A DNA stretch of 64,000 bases from Okamejei kenojei (lineage: Eukaryota), in the NCBI GenBank assembly GCA_035221665.1, contig CM069139.1, positions 75,082,001 through 75,146,000 of the forward strand. The letters are read 5' to 3'. A program made the translations under genes and the position numbers. The notes beneath the pieces are model-generated. The model was not told the origin of the DNA. It made no database searches and was given only the letters and a program-made list of their open reading frames with translations. This document shows, one piece after another, positions 39,872 to 52,419 of this stretch (position 1 is the stretch's first letter; every line of letters starts with the position of its first letter).

Positions 39872-40374
39872 TCACGACCGGCGATGAAACTCATCAATCA
39901 AGAAGAAGAGAAAAAAAGGTCTCAGGAACTCCGCTTCAGCAATGTTTTGTTGTTGTTAAACGTTCACCAGCACCCCGCGTTAAATAAAGCCTGAAAGTAA
40001 TCAGCGACAATCTTTATAACCGATTCATACTTCTCTTTGTCTTTGATTATGTGTTTTTCTTTGTTATCAGCGCTGATCGTCTCGTTATTATTTAGCCTTG
40101 TGGCACACAAGACACAAGTATATTCAAGGCGATAGATACAATCGTTTTGCGCTAAAGGGATCAGGGCAAATGGTAGGAAATCGGAAACAAATTAAAAAAG
40201 AGGATAATCAACCTTGATCATTTTGAAGGGCTGAACGCCCTGCACCTGCTCATATTGCCTATGTTTCTAAGTTGCTAGTTTTCTCACCATTATTTGCTTA
40301 ATATGAGAGTGCTGCTCTATTGGGGCGGCACATGGTCTTCGCAGATTGCTCGAAGCAACGAACTGCGGTCCTTA

Positions 40375-42190
40375 TTCATCAGTCACTGAAAGTAAAGCAT
40401 GCAGGTACAGCAGGCAGTGAGGAAAGCGAATTATATGTTGGCCTTCATAACAAGAGGAGTTAAGCATAACAGCAAAGAAGTCCTTCTGCAGATGTACAGG
40501 TCCATAGTAAGACCACACCTGGAGCATCGTGTGCAGTTTTGGTCTCCAAATTTGAGGAAGGACATTCTTGCTATTGAGGGAGTGCAGCGTAAGTTCACGA
40601 GGTTAATTCCCGGGATGGCAGGCCTGTCATATGTTGATAGAATGGAGCGGCTGAGCGTGTTTAGGGGTTCAGTATTGATGTGGATAGAGAACTGGCTGGC
40701 AAACAGGAAGCAAAGAGTAGGAGTAAATGGGTCCTTTTCACAATGGCAGGCAGTGACTAGTGGGGTACCGCAGGGCTCAGTGCTGGGACCCCAGCTATTT
40801 ACAATATATATTAATGATCTGGATGAGGGAATTGAAGGCAATATCTCCAAGTTTGCGGATGACACTAAGCTGGGGGGCAGTGTTCGCTGTGAGGAGGATG
40901 CTAGGAGACTGCAAGGTGACTTGGATAGGCTGGGTGAGTGGGCAAATGTTTGGCAGATGCAGTATAATGTGGATTAAATGTGAGGTTATCCACTTTGGTG
41001 GCAAAAACAGGAAAGCAGACTATTATTTAAATGGTGGCCGATTAGGAAAAGGGGAGATGCAGCGAGACCTGGGTGTCATGGTACACCAGTCATTGAAAGT
41101 AGGCATGCAGGTGCAGCAGGCAGTGAAAAAAGCGAATGGTATGTTAGCTTTCATAGCAAAAGGATTTGAGTACAGGAGCAGGGAGGTTTCTACTTCAGTT
41201 GTACAGGGTCTTGGTGAGACCACACCTGGAGTATTGCGTACAGTTTTGGTCTCCAAATCTGAGGAAGGACATTATTGCCATAGAGGGAGTGCAGAGAAGG
41301 TTCACCAGACTGATTCCTGGGATGTCAGGACTGTCTTATGAAGAAAGACTGGATAGACTCGGTTTATACTCTCTGGAATTTAGGAGATTGAGAGGGGATC
41401 TTATAGAAACTTACAAAATTCTTAAGGGGTTGGACAGGCTAGATGCAGGAAGATTGTTTCCCGATGGTTGGGGAAGTCCAGGACAAGGGGTCACAGCTTA
41501 AGGATAAGGGGGAAATCCTTTAAGACCGAGATGAGAAAGACTTTTTTCACACAGAGAGTGGTGAGTCTCTGGAACTCTCTGCCACAGAGGGTAGTTGAGG
41601 CCAGTTCATTGGCTATATTTAAGAGTGAGTTGGATGTGGCCCTTGTGGCTAAGGGGATCAGAGGGTATGGAGAGAAGGCAGGTACGGGATACTGAGTTGG
41701 ATGATCAGCCATGATCATATTGAATGGCGGTGCAGGCTCGAAGGGCTGAATGGCCTACTCCTGCACCTAATTTCTATGTTTCTATGTGTTTACTCTGGAA
41801 TTTAGAAGGATGCGAGGGCATCTTATTGAAACATATACGATTATTAAGGGTTTGGACACGCAAGAGGCAAGAAACATGTTCCTCATTTTGAGAGACCAGA
41901 ACCATGGGTCACAGTTTAAGAATAAGGAGTAAGCCATTTAGAACGGAAATTAGGAAAAACCTTTTCACATAGAGAGTTGTGAATCTGTGGAATTCTCTGC
42001 CTCAGAGGGCGATGGAGACCAATTTTCTGGAGGCTTGCAAGAGAGAGTTAGATAGAGTTCTTAAAGACAGCGAAGTCAAGGGATCTGGGGAGAAGGCAGG
42101 AACGGGGTACTGATTGTGGATGAGCTGCCAGTGAAATGACGGTGCTGGCTCGAGGGCCGTATGGCACCTATTGCCTATTGTCTATTGACC
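40375..42190 (+). mobile_element. CR1 3' fragment split by a younger CR1 insertion
   Basis: Host reads ..YVDRMERL at about 40655 and resumes with tactctggaatttaga at about 41791. Confidence 0.88.
40664..41785 (+). mobile_element. Young 5'-truncated CR1/HER1-type LINE
   Basis: RT motifs [14 protein letters not shown] and [10 protein letters not shown]; (TTTCTATG)n tail; flanking GTGTTTA duplication. Confidence 0.93.
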
Positions 42191-42384
42191 CTTAACAACA
42201 CTATCGTGTGTCTTATTCCGGCGATTATTTCCCTCTCACTGTTAACTGAAACCGTTTTGTTTACTCTACGACCTTACATATTCCACGTCTCCTCATCAGT
42301 CAGGTAGGTGCCGACGACGAAGGCTGGAGATTGCGTTCACACGGGTCAGGTTTTGCCACCAAACAAAGGAATCGTTGTTTTCAG

Positions 42385-43418
42385 AAGACTTTTAATAAAG
42401 TGCCGTACATGAGTTTGCACAACAATTTAGGAGCCCGCAATATTAAAGGCCAGATACCAGCATGGATAACTGATTGGCTGACTGTTAGAAGACCAAGAGT
42501 AGGAATAAATGGGACTGTCTGTGACTGGTGGCGTTCTGCAGGGGGCGGTGTCGCGTCCGCAAATGTTACACGTTATATATTATTGATCTGGAATTGATGG
42601 GTTTGTGGTTAAGTTTGCAAATGACAGGAAGATAGGTGGGGGGGTCAGGTAATGTTGAGGAAGCAAGAAGGGTGGTCAGGTTGTGAGTGTGGGCAACTGG
42701 AATAGAGCGTAGCAAAGTGTAAGGGCAACTGGAATAGAGCGTAGCAAAGTGTAAGGTAATGCACTTTGGTAGAAGGAGTAAAGTTGTAGGCTATTTTCTA
42801 AACGGGGAAAGGATTCAGAAATCAGAGGTGCAAAAGAGACTTGGGAGTGCTGGTGCAGGGTTCCTGAAAAGTTGCTTTGTAGGTTGAGTCTGTAATAAAT
42901 AACGCAAATGCAATATTAGCGTTCATTTCGAGAGGAGTGGAATATAAAATAATGGGTGTGATGCTGAGGATCTATAAGATGATCGTCAGACCATATTTGC
43001 AACATTGAGAGCAGTTTTTGGGCCCCATGCCTGAGGAAGGATGTGCTGGTGTTGGAGAGGGTTCAGCGGAGGTTTACCAGAATTATCAAGGGAAGATTAC
43101 GTTAATTTTGAGGGACATTTGATGGCTCTGGGCCTGTACTTGCTGGTGTTTAAACGGATGAGCGTGTGGGGGGGGGGGGGGGGGGGGGGGGGAGAGTGGA
43201 GATTGAAACTGACGGAATAATTAAATATCTATATAGCGTAGGTGTAGCGAGAATGTTTCCGGTAGTGGGGGAGTTTTGGATCCAAGGGAACAGTCTCAGA
43301 ATAAAGGGACATCTTTAGAATTGAGCGGAGGGGATATTTCTTTAGCAAGAACGTGGTGATTCTGTTGATGTAATTGGGTATTTTTAAAGCGGAGTTTCAT
43401 AGGTTCTTGGTCAGTAAG
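42385..43418 (+). mobile_element. Old CR1-type LINE fragment
   Basis: Decayed FNKVP, WITDWLTVRRPRVGING and KFAND motifs; 32-bp tandem duplication at 42691-42754. Confidence 0.75.
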
Positions 43419-43424
43419 TGCCCC

Positions 43425-45200
43425 AAAGTGGCGCAGCGATAGAGTTGCTCCCTTACAGCACTTGGAGACATGGGTTCGATCCCGAATACGCGTGCTGTTT
43501 GTTCGGAGTTTGGACGTTCTCCCCGTGACCGTGTGGGTTTTCTCAGAGATAAGTAAACGAGGCATAGAGTGATACAGCGTGTAAACAGGCCCTTCGGCCC
43601 AACTTGCCCACATCAAGTGATGTAGAGCAGAAGAATCTAGAGTGCAGGTGCATGGATCCTTGAAGGTAGAGTCGCAGGGAGATAAGGTGGTCAAAAAGGC
43701 TTTTGGCACATTGACCTTCATCAGTCAGAGTATTGAGTTGGGAGGTCATATTGCAATAGTATAAGACGTTGGTGGGGCCGTATTTAGGGTATTGTGTCCA
43801 GTTCTGGGCACCATGTTATAGGAAATATATTGTCAAGCTTGAAAGGGTTCAGAGAAGATTTACGAGAATGTTGCCAAGGCTAGAAGGTCTGAGCTATAGG
43901 GAGAGATTGAGTAGGCTGGGTCTCTATTCCTTGAAGCGCAGGAGGATGAGGGGTGATCTACAGAGGTGTATAAAATCATGAGATGAATAGATCGGGTAGA
44001 TGCTCAGAATCGAGGACAAGAGGACATAGGTTCAAGGTGAAGGGGAAAATATTTAATAGTAGTTTGAGGGGTAACTTTTTCCGACAAAGGGTAGTGGGTG
44101 TGTGGAACAAGTTTGGAGGCGATATGGACCAAGCGCAGGCAAGTGGGACTAGTGTAGCTTGGACATGTTTGCTTTTTGACCACATTATCTCTCTGCGACT
44201 CGACCTTCAAGGATCCATGCACCTGCACTCTAGATTCTTCTGCTCTACATCACTCCCTAGAGGACTACCATTCGCTGTATCGGTCCTGCCCTTGTTGGAC
44301 ATCCCAAAATGCAAAACCTCACATTTCTCTGTATGAAATTCCATCAACCATTCCTCAGCCCACCTGGCCAATCTATCAAGATCCTGCTGCAATCTTTCAC
44401 AAACATCTTCTCTATCTGCTAAACTACCCACTTTTATATCATCAGGAAACTTGCTAATCTTGCCCTGAATGTTCTCATCCAAATCATTGATGTAGATGAC
44501 AAACAATAACGGGCCCAGCACCGAACCCTGAGGCTCACCATGAACCACAGGCCTCCAGTCCGAGAAGCCACCTTCCACCATCACCCTTCCATGGAGCCAA
44601 TTTGCTATCCATTCAGCTATCTCTCCTCGCATCCCATGCGAGCTAATCTTCCAGAACAGCCTGCCATGCAGAACCTTGTCGAATGCCTTACCGAAATCCA
44701 TGGATACAACAGCTACAGCTCTGCCCTCAACGGCCTTTTTGGTCACGTCTTCAAAAAAACTCAATCAGATTTGTGAGATACGACGTCCCACGTACAATAC
44801 CATGCTGACTACCCCTACTCTGTCCTTGCCCATCCAATTGGCTGTATAACCTATCCATCAGAATACTCTCAAGTAAAGTTCCAACAACAGATGTTAAGCT
44901 CAGCGGCCAATAGTTCCCAGTATTTTCCCTGCAGCCCTTCTTGAATAGATGCACAACATTTGCCACCCTCCAGTCTTCCGGCACCTCACCTCGGACGACA
45001 GGTAATTTTTTCAATCAGGGCTCCTGCAATTTCCTCTCCAGTTTCCCATCATGTCCTCTGATATGTCTGCAAAGGCCCTGGTGATTTGTCAACCTTCATC
45101 GATCTTTAGAGATGTTCGGTTTCCTCCCACACTCCAAAGACGTGTGTTGGTTAATTAGCTTGGTATAACATTAAATTTTCCGGCTCCTGTGTGATCTTTG
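43425..45200 (+). mobile_element. V-SINE-like element split by a rearranged CR1 insertion (43551-45107)
   Basis: tRNA head and V-domain at 43425-43550; resumes with cggtttcctcccacac near 45117; AGAGAT present at both junctions. Confidence 0.8.
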
Positions 45201-46124
45201 CAGCACGCCGAGGTGACATTTTCCATACACGCAAGTGCCAAAATAAACTTGGCTGCAGAGATTAACGTTGCTGGGAGATGTGACCTGCACATTCTGTGTG
45301 TTTGGTGGATACTCTGCTTGTCAAAACAGGTTTTCACTGTACACGTGACAATATGCCATACTAAACAAAAACTGAACACTCCGTTAAACCTGCTGACTGC
45401 AGACACGTGTGGTGAATGGTAACCCATGCAGAGGATCAACTTTGGCATAGGCGGAGCTAATGCAGGAGATAGACTCAAGAAACTGGAGTAAACTCAGCGG
45501 GTCAGAGAGCATCTCTGGAGAAAAGGAATAAGCCGTGTTGCGGGTAGAGACCCTTCTTAGGACTGAGAGTCGGTGGAAATGAAATTCTAGTGGTTTCCTG
45601 AGAATTCTAGTGGTTTACTGCCCGTGAGTACAACTGCTTTCACCAATATCAGTCACTGTCGTTTGAATATGACCAGAGGCTTCATTGCCAGTGGAAACTA
45701 CATAGTAGCATGATTGCAACGAACACAATGATCACAGTCCTTGGGCGATTGCCTTGGCAAATCCAAAATTAACACTTCGTTGACGAGGAACAAGTTGAGT
45801 GGAAACGGTGATAACACATAAAATCCAGAACAACCCGTGCTAGAACCAAAGTACATTTAGTGCAGAGAGCATTACTTGGTAATCTTAATTCGTAAGACTC
45901 TCGCAAACTGTGAGCGATAGAAGCAATGAGGCGTCCTGTCGATGTGCGAGTGACTTCTGTAGCCATTCGTATAAATCGAGCTATCTATTAAAGATCAAAC
46001 AATAACTCAGAGGATTAAAACCCAGCGTGAAAGTTCAAAGAGGGGTTTCGGCCTCCAGTCTAACTGATTTATACATGGGAAAGCGACGGAAATTGGAATT
46101 ACGCTGCACTGAGGTCATTTCAAT

Positions 46125-46650
46125 AAACAATAAACAATAGACAATAGACAATAGACAATATATAATAGGTGCAGGAGTAGGCCATTCGGCCCTTTGTGCC
46201 AGCACCGCCATTCAATGTGTTCATGGCTGATCATCTACAATCAGTACCCGTTCCTGCCTTTCCCCATAATCCCTTAACACCGCTATCCCTATGAGCTCTA
46301 TCAACTCTCTTGAAAGCATCGAGAGAACCAACCTCCACGGCCCTCTGAGGCAGAGAATTCGACACACTCACAACTCTCTGTGTGAATAAGTTTTTCCTCG
46401 TCTCCGTTCTAAATGGCTTCCACTTATTTTTAAACTGTGGCCACTGGTTCTGGACTCCCTCAACATCGGGAACATGTTTCCTGTCTCTAGCGTGTCCAAA
46501 CCCTTAATAATCTTATAGGTTTCAATAAGATCCTCTCTCATCCTTCTAAATTCCAGAGTATACAAGCCCAGCCGCACCAATCTATCAACATATGACAGTC
46601 CCGCCATCCCGGGAATTAACTTCGTGAACCTACGCTGCACTCCCTCAATA
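46125..46650 (-). mobile_element. CR1/HER1-type LINE 3' fragment
   Basis: [27 protein letters not shown]; (ACAATAG)n tail. Confidence 0.9.
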
Positions 46651-48926
46651 GTAATTTAATTGGCAGGGACGGTAATGCTCACTGAAAGTCGATTCACATA
46701 ATTGATTTATTGTAGATTCAGGATGTTTTCGCCTTGGTGTCTCACCAAGAAGCGACATGCTTCGTTTTGATGTGGGCATGAGTTAATTCCAGCTGCCAAT
46801 ATGATTGTACATGAGACAATTCATCAAATTACATTAATTACTTTATTTAACCGAATGTCACTTGGCTGATTTGACCTTTGGTTTGGCTATATTGGACACA
46901 ATCGCTTGACACCAATTGGGTACAATTGGAACAATTGGGTAGAGTGGAACGCAAAATCACATTTATCCTACATAGATGTTGTTCAGAAAGCGGTGTTGAT
47001 TTCATAAGCGATGCATTTTACCAAATATATGGCGCCAGAAATGACTAGTCCCCGTTTGCTCAAAATTCTTCAATGTTAACCGCAACTCAGATGTTTTACA
47101 CGATAAGGCACACATCCCCCTTCCTTCATATCCCTATCCAACATGACAGAAAAGTTTTAAAAATCACATGAGTTAAATGTTAAAGTTAGTTAACCTTCTT
47201 GTTTAATTGACGGATTATTTAATGGGAAGATCGACAACAACCGGAATTCTAAAGGCTGAGGTAAGTCATAGATATAAAATAATTTAATTTTAATACACTG
47301 CGGCGAGACTGCAAATGTTTCCAGTATTGACAATGCAGCTTAAGGCTGCGAATGGAAAGTTAAAAAAACCCGGGAATCCTTGTGTGGAGGTACTAATTCA
47401 AACTCGCTCGATCAATAATGGGGTGATTTCTTGGAATACATTTCAGTAAATCGTGTCCTGGTCCCACACGTGACACCGATGTTACAACCGCATCTTCTCT
47501 CCTTGACCACATGCGAGGATTGCAAAATGAGACCAAGGCCGCTCAACATTAAATCTTGCGACATTTTGGCAGGTTAAAGCCTGAGCACTAGTGCACCACA
47601 CGCATCTCCAAGAAGAGCGGAGTAAGCGCCGTGACAGAGAAGCAGCTTAGCGTGAGTTTTATGTCTTCTTTATCACTGTTGAATTCGCTTATGCTTCATT
47701 TTTATTTTAATTGAGAGTGACAATGGCATTTCTGAGCCGTCACAGTCACCGTGAACTAAAATAGTGAGCATTATTTAATGATATTGTTTAATAAGTAATG
47801 GAACACGATTCCTGAGCATCTAGATTTTAGATTGGGTGTACTTGATTGTATAAACCGTCCATTAGCTGAGCGTACCTGAGGAGGAATTCGTGTTTATTAT
47901 TGGAGTCGCAGCGTCCTAAAGATACAATAGGGAAACACGCCATCGAGTCGGCACCAAGCACGAACACCATAATTCCTATCACTAATTCCTAATTCCTACA
48001 ACCTAATTCCTACCAAAAGCCCATTTTATTCTCCCCACATTCCACCAACTCCCATCCATCCTCAGATTTTCACTCACTAAGCTAGATATTTGGGGCAATT
48101 TACAGCGGGCAATTAATCCACTTGCACTAGGCGACGGAAAGGTCCCTCCGGCACTGCAGGGCAGCGCTGTGATTAGCCCCGCCATCGCGCGCCCGACTAT
48201 ATTGATCCGGTGTATAACATACTTAATATTCCAGTCCTTGGAATTGCAGTATTACCAAATTGAATATTCGGCATCGGTGACCTGCTGTCGCGTGGCATCT
48301 GAGAACTGGCAAAATGCCCAAAAGGTACCAATGAACTCGCGGTTCGTAAATACATCTTGGCAACAGAAAAGGTGTAAATGTAACATTGATGCCAAGATAG
48401 GAAGTTTGGTCCCAACAGTTGGTGCTCATCTTAGTTCCTGAATGATCACCTTTCATAAGAAGGCTAGAATTAAAAAAAAAACAGGAGCAGGCTGCCGCCT
48501 CCTTGTAATCCTGTAATTCAATTACGTCCTGATGTTTTGCATCAACACCATTTTCTGAGACTAACCCTAAATTCTCTTAGCGCACAGTCATTTTCTTCTG
48601 AGGATCTTACAGCCAATGATTTGTTTTCGTACATAATAGTGTAACTGAAACCTCGACATTTGATTGTTCTGAATTATGTGAATGATTCTATATTTAATTG
48701 TAGTAACTGTTTTGAAGGTGGCTTCCTATATCTTGCTGCGGGTCTTCCTGCAAACATTGGGAACGAGATTTAAATGGCGTATTTAACTTCGTGCACCGCG
48801 TTTTCTTTGACTTCCTTCACCCAGAGCAAAACGTTGGAGTGGGAGTGGGTCCAGGACTGAATGATATAGCCGTCTATATTCGGGGAAGATCGACTTTTTT
48901 TGAGGGTCCGTTCAAAATCAGCAAGG

Positions 48927-49052
48927 ATGAGCGACGCCGATGACAAACGTGTCGAGACAACGGAGAGCAAATACGAATTCAGTGGACACACTTTAACGAT
49001 TACATTGTTTAAATACCCTAAATTGGGCGTCGCTTCTTTCGTCTGGCCCCCT
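48927..49052 (+). CDS. EEF1AKMT3: EEF1AKMT3-like paralog 3, exon 1 of 3 (210 aa in total)
   Basis: MSDADDKRVETTESKYEFSGHTLTITLFKYPKLGVASFVWPP, then GTAAGT. Absent from the ORF track. Exons of 126+112+395 = 633 nt join in frame. Confidence 0.88.
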
Positions 49053-50194
49053 GTAAGTAGATAGTCTAATTGCGCATATGTTACTGGGGGATTAAACTTT
49101 ACTTGCGAATTATTGGTAATATTTTGCAAAGTGTCACCACTAGCATGGATTATAAGGAAATGTGGCGCAGTCTACCCGTCCAGGCCTTGCGTGTGCTTTG
49201 ATTCCGAGAGAGAATAGTGCTGGACGTTAAGTAATTGGGCAAATGACTGCCAACGGAATAATAAATACTGTATAACGACCTGGGGGAGTCCTTAAATTAG
49301 TGAATTCCAACTCACGTAACCGTAATCGCATCTGAGCTACCTTCTACCACTGTCCACTACAAATACTGTCAGGACATCGTTCAAGTCCCTCTTGGAGTTA
49401 TTAAATCACTCCGCAAATGCAAAGGAACTTTCGCTCGTCCTTACCATTATGCGTACGTGTTATCTTATCTGTGTGCGCTTCCTTTCAAATCCGAGCCTTG
49501 CCCCGGCCCTGCTTCCCTTTCTTACAAAAGTCGTACAAAACCTCCGTTCTTTCTGCGCTCTTTCAATTTTACCATGCGCATCCGTGTTTCTTTTGAATCA
49601 CTTCCCCTATTGAAATTCTTGCCTTCGGGAGCCTGGGTCCCGAGGTCTTGATAATAGCAACTCCGCTATGAGGCGTCTCTCACCCCACCGCCGCCGCAGT
49701 CTTCCAGACTCTCAAATTCTCCATCTTTCTTCCTTCTTCAACGCTGGCCGTTCTTGGTAACGTCAACTATGAACAAATGCCAGTAGCAGAGGCGACAGTT
49801 GGCGGTAGAACGAGGTTCAGACTGAGTGACATGAAGTTCATTCACAGAGCAGAGAGCAATTATTCCGAAGCGAGTTCGGTTTGGCCACTGTGATACGATA
49901 CCAGAAATCTGTGCAGCATCCTTTGGTGCATCAAGACAGCCGGATAATGTAACTTTTTTATTTAATTCGAAATATGGGACTTCAAGTGAACGGTAATTAC
50001 CTATTTGCGTGTGCTGATCTAATGTGACGTCATTCACAGCAAGACGATTTAGAATACCTGCTCAAAGCTGGCCATTGACGATCTTGGAATGAATTCCCAC
50101 CATCTGGCACGCCTCCCTGTCCCCACTCTGTCCCAGAATCTGGCACGTCATGTAATGTCGTCGTCATTAACATTGAGCTCATTTTTTTTCCGAG

Positions 50195-50306
50195 GGCATC
50201 GTGCTTTGTGAGTACTTCCAAGATGAGAAGATCAACTTTGCTGGGAAGAAAATAATTGAACTGGGATCTGGCACGGGAATAGTGGGAATTTTGGCAGTAC
50301 TGCTTG
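50195..50306 (+). CDS. EEF1AKMT3: EEF1AKMT3-like paralog 3, exon 2
   Basis: ttttttccgag acceptor; [37 protein letters not shown]; GTAAGT donor. Confidence 0.9.
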
Positions 50307-51012
50307 GTAAGTTAACGCACCCCTCCCGTTTTAGTTTAAGCGTTGCAACCATTTTAAACCTATGTGCGGTAAGGACCAATGCTTGTTAAATATAACATTA
50401 ATATTAATCACTTCTACAGGGTGGCACAGTTGCGTAGTTTAGAGCGCCTCAGAGCGCCGAAGACGCGGGTTCAATCCTGACATCTGTTTCTTAACGCACG
50501 TTTTCATAGTTTTATATTCCTTTCTTGAGCTCCAGCCAATTAGTTAGGCTATTAGTTGACTATTAATGAGCGAAAATCAGTAATTACACTGAATTGTGCC
50601 TAACCCAATAGTTATAATTAGCTTAACTCCGTAATTATTATTTATAGGTCTGAACTATGTAATACCTCCTCCTCTGCGTCGCTACAGCTATATGTATATT
50701 ATCGTTATATGATTATGATTAATATTCACCACGCTTAAATCTACAATAACTATTAATTGCGTAAATGATTATAAATATTGGTCCTTCTAGTTGCCTAGAT
50801 GCTACTTGTTGCTCGTTCACTAGTTATTAGACTTTGTATCTAAAGCACAACTGGAATTGTCATTTATACTTTAACTTGCCGTTGCTTTGTTAGCAGTAGC
50901 TTCGTTTCCTGGGAAGATACGTTTTCGTAAAATTCGCAAATATGCAATGAGCGCTTCCATTTGTCACCAGTCTGGGTGGAATCCTACAGTATTTTACATT
51001 TTTTTCTTTCAG

Positions 51013-51407
51013 GCGGAGATGTCACTTTTACGGACAAACCATATGTTTTGGAGCAAATTGAACGGAACATTGCTGACAACATCCCGACTCACTCCAGGCA
51101 CCGGGCAAAGGTCGGTACCCTGAGGTGGGGCACTGATGAGGAAAACTACCCAGCAGACTTCGATATCATTCTTGGTTCCGACATCATCTATAGCCCAACA
51201 CAGGTTCCTATACTCTTGAAAACATTGACGCATCTCTGCGGCGAAAACACGAGCATTTATTTGTGTTCTAACTTTCCCGCCAGGGTGGGATCAGAGAATT
51301 TCCACAAGGAGGTATTACCAAAGCAGTTCAACAGCGAATTACTTCATTCAAACAAGGGAAATCACATTTACAAGCTAACGAAAAAATCTCCAGAACACGG
51401 GGACTAG
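51013..51407 (+). CDS. EEF1AKMT3: EEF1AKMT3-like paralog 3, exon 3
   Basis: ctttcag acceptor; GDVTFTDK..LRWGTD..FDIILGSDIIY; TAG stop; AATAAA at 51622. Confidence 0.92.
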
Positions 51408-52419
51408 TTTGTTTTTGTACAGGGAGAAGAGGGGCGTATATTTTAACTTATGAAAACTCTGAGATTCACAGGGTTTACTAATTATTTCAAAAGTTAGGTG
51501 AATAGAAGTTTATGTTTTGTCCTCTCTACATTTCCGCTCGCCCACAAATTACTAATACACGTTGAAACACGTTCTCATTCTTAGTGGAGATCACGCCGCC
51601 GTTTAAATCAAATCCTATATGAATAAATAAGTATCAAATTCTAACTATATTGAATGATAAAGGGGTTATACGGGTATATAATAAATCAGTTCAAAACTAC
51701 GGTTAGTAATGCTCATGTGAAATCCAAGACATTTTCCATGTCTGAGATATTCATCTTTGCTTTCTAGTGTTCCAAATGTTTATTATATGTTCCTCTTTTG
51801 ATGAATGTTCTCCCAAGTTGTAACCTCCCCTGATTTTCACCGGCTGCATTCCGCTCCATTTTTCGCTGTTTATAATATAATGTTCAATGTCATGAATTTG
51901 AGAGTGCACTTTTTGCAGGTAAATGGCCACGCACTTTCACTTCCTCTTGGTGTTGCTTCCACACTCGCTGTGAAATTATGAAAACATTAAACCTTGTTGA
52001 ATGAAATAGAAATGAGTTTTCAATATGTTCTCTGATTCCAAGCGTCACTGAGACTATGAGAAGTTGGAAGGATGACATTTCAAAATACTGATTAAACGCT
52101 TAATATAGACACTTAAAACTCGCTAAAATAAATAAATTTAACATTTAGAAATCAATTAGAAAACACATATCTACGCAGTGAATGAAGGCACGAAAATTAA
52201 CTGAAGGAGTGAGTAGATGCACCTGCTACACGAGGTGTAAAGTTGAAAGGTCAGGTGCTCTTCCTCTCAACGATCTGAACTCAATGCTGCGACCAGAGAT
52301 GGCGCTGAAGCTTAACTCAGGCAAACTGCACCGTGTCCGTCAGTCCGCGACGGTTAATTGCGGAATTATCGCTCGCCATGCACACGGTGCAGATGTTGTT
52401 TATTCGTTGTTCTCCACCC

